DNA of 64,000 nt from the IMG/VR virus record IMGVR_UViG_3300043395_002542, positions 5,162-69,161 of that record; one strand, written 5' to 3'. Of the stretch, positions 36,862-46,420 are shown one piece after another. The notes under the pieces are model-generated. The model saw nothing but the letters and a program-made list of their open reading frames with translations. It did not search any database and had not been told where the DNA came from. How positions within the stretch are numbered: position 1 is the first letter of the stretch; every line of letters starts with the position of its first letter. Source of the DNA: a virus. Made by a program: the position numbers and the translations under genes.

Positions 36862-37299
36862 ATGGCTTTCTACACGGGTTGCAACGGCTCTGTCGTCTAT
36901 AACTTGAAGCCGGTTGCCAAGGTTCGTGACTGGTCGCTTGAGACGACAGTTACCCTGCTTGAAACTACAACTATGGGCAGCTGTATTAATACCTACATCA
37001 CCGGCAACAAGAGTGCGACCGGAAGCGCAACTCTTATGTACTATCGTCTGGAGACTGGTGAATCGACAAATTTCACTGAATTCACTGCACTGCTTTCCAA
37101 TATTCACAAAATTGGTGATGTTTCAAAAACCCCAGTTCAGTTAACTCTAAAAGTTGGCACTGGAACCAATGATGACATTATCGCAAATGTCTTCATTACT
37201 TCCGCGTCAATTTCTGTTGGTACTGGCGAACTTGTAACTGTTCCCATTCAGTTCACGGTTGATGGTGATTTTCTTGCTGGTGGTGTTATTACTGCATGA
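36862..37299 (+). CDS. Tail-tube-like protein
   Basis: VAKVRDWSLE...ETTTMG...GSATLMY resembles major tail protein. Confidence 0.6.
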   Translation: MAFYTGCNGSVVYNLKPVAKVRDWSLETTVTLLETTTMGSCINTYITGNKSATGSATLMYYRLETGESTNFTEFTALLSNIHKIGDVSKTPVQLTLKVGTGTNDDIIANVFITSASISVGTGELVTVPIQFTVDGDFLAGGVITA

Positions 37300-38162
37300 C
37301 ATATTTTGTTGGCTATCAAGGCGGGATAAAGCTTAAGCGCTCATCCACCGGATTTTTTTCGTCTTCAATTTTACCAGATGACGTAAATACGATCCTAAAT
37401 CGTATTGGCATCGAGGACGCCATAAATAATTTACTAACAGGAGACAGAATTGTTTTAACTACGGAAGATCCAAGGGGTTTGGAGTGCTTTCCAGTTGGGA
37501 CATGGGACAGCTTGACGATTGAATCTGAAATTGATGCTTACATTAATATAAACGCTGCTGGCGGAGTTCGCTTATTTACGAGTTTCGAGGATGCAGTCAA
37601 TAACAATAGATCTGCTGAGCTGATAGTCGCTGAATTTTCTGGCGATCCCATTCCTGTCTTGGTTCAAATCAAAGACAGCACATACAAGCTTCTTGGTGAC
37701 GTTACCGGCTATACGATTAATACAGACAGGGAGGCTATAGATGTCACCAGTCTTTCCGACAAGTTTAGAAAGCAGTATAGCGCCGGTTTAATTAGTGGAA
37801 ATGGTAGCATTGATTGTATTTTCAATCCTTTTTCATCTGGACTTGAAGAAGCTTCAATGCTGATGCTTCAGTTAGTGCAGCGCATTGATGTGGGAAGTGG
37901 ATTCCAGTGTGCCCTATATTTGGTTAATTCAGAAAATCAAAGTGATCAGCGAAGCATTTTTTATGAATTTTCGGGCATAGTAACCAGGGCTGGCGTTACC
38001 GTTGATAACGATGTTGCGATTACATGCAGTATTGATTTTGTTTCTACTGGCGATATCAGGCTTCTTGTTGGAGAAATTCAAGGCTATGTTCTGCAAGAGA
38101 ACGAAGACAAGCTGATTGTCGAGCCAACGCTTGGCTACCTGTTGAAGGAAACCATAGACTGA
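37296..38162 (+). CDS. Tail protein with C-terminal tube-like domain
   Basis: DREAIDVTSL...GLISGNGSIDC resembles tube protein. Confidence 0.55.
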   Translation: MTYFVGYQGGIKLKRSSTGFFSSSILPDDVNTILNRIGIEDAINNLLTGDRIVLTTEDPRGLECFPVGTWDSLTIESEIDAYININAAGGVRLFTSFEDAVNNNRSAELIVAEFSGDPIPVLVQIKDSTYKLLGDVTGYTINTDREAIDVTSLSDKFRKQYSAGLISGNGSIDCIFNPFSSGLEEASMLMLQLVQRIDVGSGFQCALYLVNSENQSDQRSIFYEFSGIVTRAGVTVDNDVAITCSIDFVSTGDIRLLVGEIQGYVLQENEDKLIVEPTLGYLLKETID

Positions 38163-38186
38163 GGCATCGTCTTCTACTGCAGCGAC

Positions 38187-41100
38187 GTGGCCGACTCGCG
38201 CATAACACAGCTAACCGCTCTTTCCGGTGCTGCTTTAGCTGCAAATGATGTTCTGCCTATAGCAGACATAAGTGCGAGCGAAACTAAAAAGATTACGTCG
38301 AAAGATCTCATCCAGTTTGGTCTTGGGCTAACCGATGCTGGGTCAATTGATCTCGAAAAGCTCAACCAGTCAAGTGTTACAAAAATTGGCTCTACTGCAA
38401 TTGGTACTGGAGCTATTACAGCAAGCAAGTTTGCCAGCAGTTCCAGTATTGCGGTTCAAACTGGTGCACCCATTTCTGACAATTTCGAAGGACGCGGATG
38501 GTTTGATAGCGCAAACAATAAACTTAGTATCTATGAATCTGGCGCATTTTCACCACTAACGATTTCTGGCGCCAACATTGATGTTGGCAGTATTGGCGCT
38601 GATCAGATAGCCAGTGGTGTCATTACCACTGCAAAAATTTCGGCAACCGGACTGAGCACTGCTGCTTTTGCTGATCTTAGCATTACAACTGAAAAAATTG
38701 CAGTTGGTGCCGTAACCGACACAAAGCTTGCCACTGGTGCCGCAATTGCAAATATCTTAGACGGCTCAATTGACATCGCAAAGATCAATCAGTCAAGTAT
38801 AACGAAGCTCGGCGCCTCTGCTATTGCGGATAGCTCAATTATTGCCTCCAAGTTTGCGGGTAATTCAAGTATTGCTGTTCAGGCTGGCCAGCCAGCAGTA
38901 GATAATTTTGAGGGTCGTGGCTGGTACAACACAACCACTTCAGTTCTCAGCATTTACAGCAGTGGCGCCTATGAGACACTCGCTCTTGGGGGCGAAAGCA
39001 TCGCAGATGGTTCCATCACCAATGCAAAGATTGCTGACGACACAATTACAACTGCGAAAATAGTATCAACAGGGCTGACGACGAGTGCCTACGCAGATGG
39101 AAGCGTAAGCACCTCAAAGATAGCTTCGCAGGCCATAACCTCTGGCTTGTTGTCGGACTCGGCAGTCACTGAAGCCAAACTTGGTGCTGGCGCAGTGACG
39201 ACTACAAAAATTGCAGACGCAAGTGTAACATTCTCCAAGCTTCAAAGCATTTCGCCCAATGTTCTGCTCGGGCGGGGAACAGGTGGCGCCGGCAACGTCG
39301 AAGAAGTCGCTTGTACTGCGTTTGGTCGTTCAATCCTTGACGATGTTGACGCAGCAACCGTGCGCAGCACACTCGGGCTCGGCACGCTCGCGACGCAGAA
39401 CGGCACAGTCTCCGGCACGAATACCGGAGACCAGACTATTCAGCTCACAGGCGACGTTACAGGAAGCGGCACGGGCAGCTTTGCGACCACAATTAGCTCA
39501 CTTGCCGTTACCTCGGGCAAGCTTGCCGATAGCGCTGTTATCACTACAAAGCTAAGTGATAACGCTGTTACTAACGACAAAATCGCCAGTGGCACAATAA
39601 CAGGGTCACGCCTCGCAAATCACTCCGCCTGCAAAGTAGAGGCAAACGCTCCCGTAGGTAGTGGTGATTTCGTAGGTCAGAGCTGGTTCAACTTAAACAC
39701 AGGCATCGAATACACCTGGAGCGGAACTAACTGGATCAGGCAGGCCGCAATAGGGTCTCTAAGTTTCTCTGATGCGTCCCCTCTCAGCTTTGCTGTTTCT
39801 TACCCTGATACCTATAGCGCAACGATCACTACAAGCCTAGACGTACAAGGCGCGAATACTGTCTGGGCCGGACCTACAACCGGCGCGGACGCATCCCCAT
39901 CATTCAGGGCACTAACGCCTGCTGATTTACCTGAAGCCAGCGCCACAACAAAAGGTATTATCGTGCCTGGTACAGGGCTTTCTGTTGCTTCGGGCACGTT
40001 AAACCACAGCAACTCAGTAACGGCAGGCACTTATACCAAAGTTGGTGTTGACGCACAGGGGCACGTCACAGTTGGTAGCGCACTTGCTAGTAGCGACATC
40101 CCCGAGCTTGACGCTTCCAAAATTACCTCAGGCGCTTTCTCCACAGCGAGGCTAGACGACGACGCCGTAACAGCCGCCAAGCTCGCTAACTATTCGATTG
40201 CAAAAATCACAGACACCCTCCCGAGTTCGGTAGTCGCAGACTTTACCTCTCAGCTCTTGCTCAACACGCTTGAGCGTACATTCTATATGTACGACGGGAA
40301 CGTATGGCAGCCAATTGGTATTTCTGCGGGTGCAATTACATTTGCGGGGACTTACGACGCTAGCACCAACACCGTCGCTTCAGTAACAGCCGAGGGCTCA
40401 GCTATCGGGCTGACCGTCGGCAACGCGCTTCCAAACTCCTCGACTGCCAACAAGAGCTACTACGTTGTTGTCTCTGAGCTGGGCACGGGCACAGCCCCTG
40501 CGCCGACCGTTGCGCTTGCCCCTCCTGACATCCTGCTGAGCACGGGCACCGCTTGGGTTGAAATTGATGTTTCGAGTACGTACACAGCGCAAAGTGCATC
40601 TAACGTTGCCTTTAGCCCCGCTGGTCAAATATCTTCCACAACAGTGCAGGCGGCGGTCGAAGAAGTTAGTAGTGAATGCCGAAACGCCGCCAACATTACA
40701 AGTGGGACACTTTCAGTTGCCCGTGGCGGCACAGGCTTAACAAGCTACACAAAAGGCGATCTACTCGCTGCCACAGCCTCAACACTGACGGCGCTCACCG
40801 TTGGCACCAATGGACAGGTTCTCGTAGCCGACAGTACTACTGCCACAGGTCTCAAGTGGTCTTCAGCCGCGACAGGCACAGTTACTAGCGTCACAGCATC
40901 AGCACCTCTTTCTGTAAGCAATGGCACTTCGACACCTGCGATCTCAATTAGCGCAGCAAGTACATCAGCCGCAGGTGTAGTACAACTAAGTGACTCTACT
41001 AACACAACAAGCAGCACTACTGCTGCTACATCGACCGCAGTTAAGGCGGCCTACGACCTAGCAGCGCTCGCGCTACCGAGTGCGGGGGGCAGTATCACAG

Positions 41101-41270
41101 GAGAGCTTCGAATTGCACCGCTGGGCTCTATTGTTTTTGAAGGCAGCACTGACGATGCCTTTGAAACGTCGTTCGCGTTTTCAAACCCTACAGCAGACCG
41201 CACCGTAACTTTTAGAGATCAGAGTGGCACAGTCGCCTACACATCCGAGCTTGACGACGGGACATTCTGA
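38187..41270 (+). CDS. Tail fibre protein with internal repeats
   Basis: AVTTAKIAD-type repeats, GTYTKVGVDAQGHVT fibre motif, repeated DNFEGRGW modules. Confidence 0.8.
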   Translation: MADSRITQLTALSGAALAANDVLPIADISASETKKITSKDLIQFGLGLTDAGSIDLEKLNQSSVTKIGSTAIGTGAITASKFASSSSIAVQTGAPISDNFEGRGWFDSANNKLSIYESGAFSPLTISGANIDVGSIGADQIASGVITTAKISATGLSTAAFADLSITTEKIAVGAVTDTKLATGAAIANILDGSIDIAKINQSSITKLGASAIADSSIIASKFAGNSSIAVQAGQPAVDNFEGRGWYNTTTSVLSIYSSGAYETLALGGESIADGSITNAKIADDTITTAKIVSTGLTTSAYADGSVSTSKIASQAITSGLLSDSAVTEAKLGAGAVTTTKIADASVTFSKLQSISPNVLLGRGTGGAGNVEEVACTAFGRSILDDVDAATVRSTLGLGTLATQNGTVSGTNTGDQTIQLTGDVTGSGTGSFATTISSLAVTSGKLADSAVITTKLSDNAVTNDKIASGTITGSRLANHSACKVEANAPVGSGDFVGQSWFNLNTGIEYTWSGTNWIRQAAIGSLSFSDASPLSFAVSYPDTYSATITTSLDVQGANTVWAGPTTGADASPSFRALTPADLPEASATTKGIIVPGTGLSVASGTLNHSNSVTAGTYTKVGVDAQGHVTVGSALASSDIPELDASKITSGAFSTARLDDDAVTAAKLANYSIAKITDTLPSSVVADFTSQLLLNTLERTFYMYDGNVWQPIGISAGAITFAGTYDASTNTVASVTAEGSAIGLTVGNALPNSSTANKSYYVVVSELGTGTAPAPTVALAPPDILLSTGTAWVEIDVSSTYTAQSASNVAFSPAGQISSTTVQAAVEEVSSECRNAANITSGTLSVARGGTGLTSYTKGDLLAATASTLTALTVGTNGQVLVADSTTATGLKWSSAATGTVTSVTASAPLSVSNGTSTPAISISAASTSAAGVVQLSDSTNTTSSTTAATSTAVKAAYDLAALALPSAGGSITGELRIAPLGSIVFEGSTDDAFETSFAFSNPTADRTVTFRDQSGTVAYTSELDDGTF

Positions 41271-41313
41271 CTATGCTCTAGGCATAATCTCCGGCCCTTT
41301 TGGGTGTTAAGGA

Positions 41314-43452
41314 ATGGCTCTGCAGCACTACCGCAGCTCTACTGCTAACAAGCGCCCTGTCCCCTCAAACATGGCAGACGGGCAGCTAGCTATCAACACT
41401 GCTAGCGCGTCTCCTGGTGTGTTTGTTAAGGATAGCGGCGGCAATTTAGTAAAAATAGGCCCCGTCCACGTAGGTAGTACGGCCCCAAACGCCTCCCCTG
41501 CGCCTGGAGGAGCAACCGGCAACTCGATCGGCGAGATCTGGCTCGACAACTCCGGTGGGAACTATGTCTTAAAAGTATGGGACGGCGCAGCGTGGCGCAC
41601 CGAGGACAATAGCTACGTCAACGTGACCGGCGATTCGATGACCGGCAACTTGACGCTAGACGCGTCGAGCCTGGTGTTCGACACCGGCACTTTCAACACG
41701 ACGGTCACAGCGGCCACGGCGACTGCGGCTCGAACTATTACCGTGCCTGACACCACCGGCACGATGGTGACCACCGGTGACACCGGAAGCGTTACCAGCA
41801 CAATGCTGGCCAACGGCACGATTGTGGATGAGGACATCAGCGCCTCAGCCGAGATCGCGGTGAGCAAGCTAGCTGACGGTGCAGCGCGACAAGTGCTTCA
41901 AACCGACGCTGCGGGCACTGGTGTTGAGTGGACGGACAACCTCGACCTACCTGGAACCTTAAGCGTTACTAGTACAACCACGCTTAAGGGCGACGTTACG
42001 CTGAACGCCCAGTCGGATCTTCGCTTCGCCGACGCCGATAGCAGCAACTGGGTTGCTTTTCAGGCCCCGACTACCGTGGCGGCCAATGTCACCTGGACGC
42101 TCCCGAGCGCGGATGGCTCCGCCGATCAGGTGCTCAAGACCAACGGCTCTGGGACCCTTTCTTGGACGACGGTTACAAGCGGTGGTGGCGATGTCACCCT
42201 TGCAGGTGCAAACGCTTTCACTGGCGCCAATACCTTTACCAATACAACGGGGCAAACGTTCCGCCAAGCCGCAACACAGGATGGCATTCTCCTCCGAGGA
42301 CGGGCAGGCGGCACAACTTCCAGAACAGTTGAGATTGTTCCAGCGGCATTAACGGCTTCTAGGACGTTAACAGCGCCGGACACAAGTGGCACAATCATAA
42401 CAAGCAATGACAGTGGAACCGTAACTTCTGCCATGATTGCAAGTGGCACGATTGTTGACGCCGATATTTCTGGTACAGCGGCTATTGCTGACTCAAAATT
42501 AGCAACAATTACGACGGCAGGAAAAGTAAGCGGAAGCGCTATTACTTCTGGTACGATTGGCGGGACCACTATAATTAATACCAGTGGCTCAATAATCAGT
42601 GGCGCAATAAGCGTTGGCAATATAAGCAGCAGTGGCAATGTAAGTATTACCGGCTTTTTAGAAGTAACGGCAGGCACGCGCACATCACCTAATCTTAAAA
42701 TTGGCGGGACAGGTGGAAGTTGGATTTATGGTGCTTCAAGCACTATAGGATTCGGTAGTTCCACCGGCCTCCTCGGTGCGTTACTTGGCTTCAGCGTAAC
42801 TAACGGCTTCAAAGTTGGCTCAAATACAAATGGATCTTTCGATATAACCGCCGATGATTTTGCTGACATCGGCGAAACGAATAGCTTTTACAAGTCAGGC
42901 GCGACCGTGGCCACATTTCGTCGTAACACAAGCGACGGCACAGTTATTTCTATCAACCAAGCTGGCACAGAAGAAGGCACTATCTCCGTCTCCGGCACCA
43001 CCGTCTCCTACAACGGTGCCCACCTCAGCCGCTGGTCACAGCTTCCAGGCGGCGCGGAGCGCACCGAAATCCTGCGTGGCACCGTGTTGAGCAACATTGA
43101 CGAAATGTGCTCATGGGGAGAAGAAGCCAACGAGCAACTGAACCGCATGAAGGTCAGCGATGTTGTTGGCGATCCCAACGTGGCTGGCGTTTTCCAGGCG
43201 TGGGATGACGACGATGACACTTACGTTGACGACTTCTATTGCGCCATGACGGGTGACTTCATCATCCGCATCGCCGAGGGCGTCACCGTACAACGCGGCG
43301 ATTTACTCATGTCTGCAGGTGACGGCACCGCTACACCCCAGGCCGACGATATTATCCGCAGCAAAACCATCGCAAAGGTGACTTCAACAAACATCACCTG
43401 CACTTACGATGATGGCAGCTACTGTGTGCCCTGCGTCCTCATGGCTTGCTGA
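41314..43452 (+). CDS. Tail fibre/spike with C-terminal chaperone-like domain
   Basis: Thr/Gly-rich body; C-terminal VQRGDLLMSAGDG...CVPCVLMAC resembles peptidase G2-type autocleaving domains. Confidence 0.7.
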   Translation: MALQHYRSSTANKRPVPSNMADGQLAINTASASPGVFVKDSGGNLVKIGPVHVGSTAPNASPAPGGATGNSIGEIWLDNSGGNYVLKVWDGAAWRTEDNSYVNVTGDSMTGNLTLDASSLVFDTGTFNTTVTAATATAARTITVPDTTGTMVTTGDTGSVTSTMLANGTIVDEDISASAEIAVSKLADGAARQVLQTDAAGTGVEWTDNLDLPGTLSVTSTTTLKGDVTLNAQSDLRFADADSSNWVAFQAPTTVAANVTWTLPSADGSADQVLKTNGSGTLSWTTVTSGGGDVTLAGANAFTGANTFTNTTGQTFRQAATQDGILLRGRAGGTTSRTVEIVPAALTASRTLTAPDTSGTIITSNDSGTVTSAMIASGTIVDADISGTAAIADSKLATITTAGKVSGSAITSGTIGGTTIINTSGSIISGAISVGNISSSGNVSITGFLEVTAGTRTSPNLKIGGTGGSWIYGASSTIGFGSSTGLLGALLGFSVTNGFKVGSNTNGSFDITADDFADIGETNSFYKSGATVATFRRNTSDGTVISINQAGTEEGTISVSGTTVSYNGAHLSRWSQLPGGAERTEILRGTVLSNIDEMCSWGEEANEQLNRMKVSDVVGDPNVAGVFQAWDDDDDTYVDDFYCAMTGDFIIRIAEGVTVQRGDLLMSAGDGTATPQADDIIRSKTIAKVTSTNITCTYDDGSYCVPCVLMAC

Positions 43453-43485
43453 CCTTTGTCGGCAATGTTAATCTAATCCAGTGGT

Positions 43486-43683
43486 GTGATCACTTCAATT
43501 CCAATGCCCTGCAAAAAAAGCGAATTGGTCTCTATGGTCAATTCCTATGTTGCTGCCAAGATGTCTGGCGATAGCAATCTGATTGCTTTTTCAGCAAATG
43601 CACTTCAGGCTGTGATCGACACCCTTGAGTATTCTCCAGAAGAGACTCAGGAGGATGCAGACAAAGAGGAGGCCGCTGAGTAA
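43486..43683 (+). CDS. Small hypothetical protein
   Basis: MPCKKSELVS..NSY..A..SGD.NLIAF. Confidence 0.6.
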   Translation: MITSIPMPCKKSELVSMVNSYVAAKMSGDSNLIAFSANALQAVIDTLEYSPEETQEDADKEEAAE

Positions 43684-43820
43684 TGGTCGTCAAAAGCAAG
43701 GTTGGTACTGCCAGGCTTGAACACCAGCCCGGCCGCCCTAAGACCACAGCTCAGGGCCAGGGGCAGCATTCTCGGCCTCATCGCAGAGGTAAGAAGAAAA
43801 TGCGTGGCCAAGGCAGCTGA
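43683..43820 (+). CDS. Small basic protein (45 aa; not in track)
   Basis: PGRPKTTAQGQGQHSRP...KKMRGQG; TAATG coupling. Confidence 0.6.
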   Translation: MVVKSKVGTARLEHQPGRPKTTAQGQGQHSRPHRRGKKKMRGQGS

Positions 43821-43982
43821 ATGAATGATTCCGCCCGAGAAAAATGGCTCAAGGTAAAACAAGCGCTTGAGGCATCAGGGAAAACGGATTCGCTGTATTA
43901 CAAATTTGCCATTGACGCTCTTGCGAAAGGTGGCAAACGTATTAACGAATCTGAACTCGGGCGGGATCAATACAATGTGTGA
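43821..43982 (+). CDS. Small hypothetical protein (53 aa; not in track)
   Basis: REKWLKVKQALEASGKTDSLYY. Confidence 0.6.
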   Translation: MNDSAREKWLKVKQALEASGKTDSLYYKFAIDALAKGGKRINESELGRDQYNV

Positions 43983-43999
43983 AACCCGCGTCGGGCGAC

Positions 44000-44338
44000 A
44001 TGGCGGTTTCACCCGGAACCTACAACATTAATCTTCAGCGTCGCGCCGACTACTCTTTGGCGCTGCAATTCAAAGATAGTACGGGCGCTCCGATTAATTT
44101 GACATCCTGGACTGTGTATGCACAGGTCTGGGATCGAGCGCGAACTGTAAAATATGCAGACTTCACAGTGACTTACACGAGTCGCCCGAACGGTCAGGTC
44201 TCTATTGCTTTGACTGATACGCAAACGACCTCGCTACCAAATGAATGTTTTTACGACGTTTTACTAGAAAATCCCAGCAGCTTGCGTGAGTATTATCTTG
44301 AGGGAAATATTTACGTTTCTGAGGGATACACGGCATGA
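44000..44338 (+). CDS. BppU-like baseplate/fibre adaptor
   Basis: PGTYNI...PINLTSW...YDVLL...YLEG motif. Confidence 0.65.
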   Translation: MAVSPGTYNINLQRRADYSLALQFKDSTGAPINLTSWTVYAQVWDRARTVKYADFTVTYTSRPNGQVSIALTDTQTTSLPNECFYDVLLENPSSLREYYLEGNIYVSEGYTA

Positions 44339-45975
44339 CTTCAGTAAGTATTACAGAAAGCTATAAGACAGTCGTTGTCAGCGAAGGCGCTGGCGAGACA
44401 GTCATCGTTACAGCGCCCAGTCAGGCTGTCACTGTTTCAACTGTTGGGCTTGGCCCTCAGGGGCCGGGCGGAGATCTCGGTCTCTACGCCAATTTCATTG
44501 ACACAACGGATCAGCCGCTTGTTAGCACGGCCGCGAATCAAGTCATCACGTTCAATACGACACTTGGAAGTCGTGGTATCTCCCTAGTCGATAACAGCAA
44601 AATCACTTTTGCGCTTAATGGAACCTACAAAATTCTTGCTTCGTTGCAATTGACGAATAGCGGAAATAATATTTCCGAGATCAATGTATTCTTCAAGAAA
44701 AATGGAAGTACTATTGCGGATAGCAATACACGAATTGATCTTGAGCCAAGAAAATCTGTAAGCACTCCGTATCACGGTTGCTTTACGGTTGAATTTCAGC
44801 TTGATCTTGTCGCTAATGATTATGTTCAAATCTTTTGGGCGGCAGATCACGACGGAATTTCAGTTGATACAATTCCAGCTGACACGCTTCACCCTCAAGC
44901 GCCTAGTGCAATTATCAATGTTGCACAGGTTCTATTTGCTCAGGCTGGTGTACCGACTGGCGGAAATCCTGGCGACATACTTACGAAAAGCTCGTCAACA
45001 AATTACGATACAGCCTGGACTGACTCGCCAACTGTTGACAAGATCTCGCTTGATCTGACTGCAGCTGAATCCGTTGCGCCCGGTCAAATTGCATGGAATG
45101 CCACAGAGGGAACCCTTGATCTTGGCACGCCTGGTGTTACCTATCAGCTAGGCCAAGAAATTGCTTTTCGATGCAAAAACGTTAGCGCTGACGTGATAAC
45201 AGATGGCGAAGCCGTCATGTTTATGGGCGCAGATGCAACTACTGGCTACATAGAAGTTGCTCATATGATTGCAAATGGCACACTGCCTGGATATGTATTT
45301 TTTGGCGTCGCCACTGAAGTAATTCCTGTTGGTGGTCTTGGATATGTGACGACGCTCGGCAAGGTTCGCGGAATTGATACAAGCGCTTTTCCTGATGATT
45401 CTGTTCTCTGGCTTGATCCAGTCAATCCTGGCGGATTTCAACTTACGGAGCCAGTAGCACCGCATCTAAAAATTGCCGCTGCGGCAGTTGTCAAATCGCA
45501 CCCTACGGACGGAGTTCTTTTCGTTCGCGCAGAAACGGGTCGAAATATTTCCGAGTGCCACGACGTTGAAGTTGGTACTGGCGCACAGGATCGCGAGTAT
45601 CTGGGCTGGAGTGAGGCGATGCAGCACTGGATGCCGCTGCCAATTCCTAATGCCGCCCCAAGATCTGCAACAATTGCGGGACCAAAAACCGGTGATAATT
45701 TTACTTTATTTCGCACTGATGTTTCAACAACAATTTCATCGGTCAACGCTTTAGTAAGTGGCTTTTCTCCAAGTGTTACTTACGAAATCAGATACGCAAC
45801 GAACCGTACATCGACTGGCACGCTTGCTATCACGCCAGCGACTACAGTTAACACGACAACAGGTAGCCCTGCTGTCGTTCAAAACCAACCCATTCCCGCC
45901 AACTCCTATGTTTGGCTGGTCATCACAGCGGTGTCCGGTACAGTAGGGGAACTGAACGTCACCATCGCTTTCTGA
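44335..45975 (+). CDS. Multi-domain tail fibre protein
   Basis: GPQGPGG linker, GGNPGDILTK.S..NYDTAW fibre motif. Confidence 0.65.
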   Translation: MTSVSITESYKTVVVSEGAGETVIVTAPSQAVTVSTVGLGPQGPGGDLGLYANFIDTTDQPLVSTAANQVITFNTTLGSRGISLVDNSKITFALNGTYKILASLQLTNSGNNISEINVFFKKNGSTIADSNTRIDLEPRKSVSTPYHGCFTVEFQLDLVANDYVQIFWAADHDGISVDTIPADTLHPQAPSAIINVAQVLFAQAGVPTGGNPGDILTKSSSTNYDTAWTDSPTVDKISLDLTAAESVAPGQIAWNATEGTLDLGTPGVTYQLGQEIAFRCKNVSADVITDGEAVMFMGADATTGYIEVAHMIANGTLPGYVFFGVATEVIPVGGLGYVTTLGKVRGIDTSAFPDDSVLWLDPVNPGGFQLTEPVAPHLKIAAAAVVKSHPTDGVLFVRAETGRNISECHDVEVGTGAQDREYLGWSEAMQHWMPLPIPNAAPRSATIAGPKTGDNFTLFRTDVSTTISSVNALVSGFSPSVTYEIRYATNRTSTGTLAITPATTVNTTTGSPAVVQNQPIPANSYVWLVITAVSGTVGELNVTIAF

Positions 45976-45978
45976 CAA

Positions 45979-46398
45979 ATGGCAACTTTTACTAAATTCA
46001 ACAGCTTCGTCGAAGCGCTGGCCGAAAAAGCTCACAATCTTGGCAGCGATACTTTGACGGTTGCCCTTACTAACACGTTGCCCGTCAACACAAATACTGT
46101 TATTGCAAACATCACGCAAATTGCTTATACCAATATTCAGAACGGTACTACAACCGGTCGCAACCTGACTGGTGTTACTTCCGCGCAGGCAAGTGGTAGC
46201 TACAAGCTCGACGCCAACGATCTTGTTCTTACCGCAACTGGCACAGTGCCGGAATTTCAATGGGTTGTCCTTTATAACCAAACGGCAGCCAGTGGTGAAT
46301 TGATTGGTTTTTACGATTACGGCAGCAAGGTGAATTTGCTGAACGGTGAAACCTTCACGATCACCTGGGACGCTGCTGGCATCCTCACCCTGGCCTGA
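45979..46398 (+). CDS. Virion structural protein
   Basis: MATFTKFNSFVEALAEKAHNLGSD...LIGFYDYG family. Confidence 0.7.
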   Translation: MATFTKFNSFVEALAEKAHNLGSDTLTVALTNTLPVNTNTVIANITQIAYTNIQNGTTTGRNLTGVTSAQASGSYKLDANDLVLTATGTVPEFQWVVLYNQTAASGELIGFYDYGSKVNLLNGETFTITWDAAGILTLA

Positions 46399-46420
46399 TA
46401 ACTGAAGCGGAGGCGGGACG

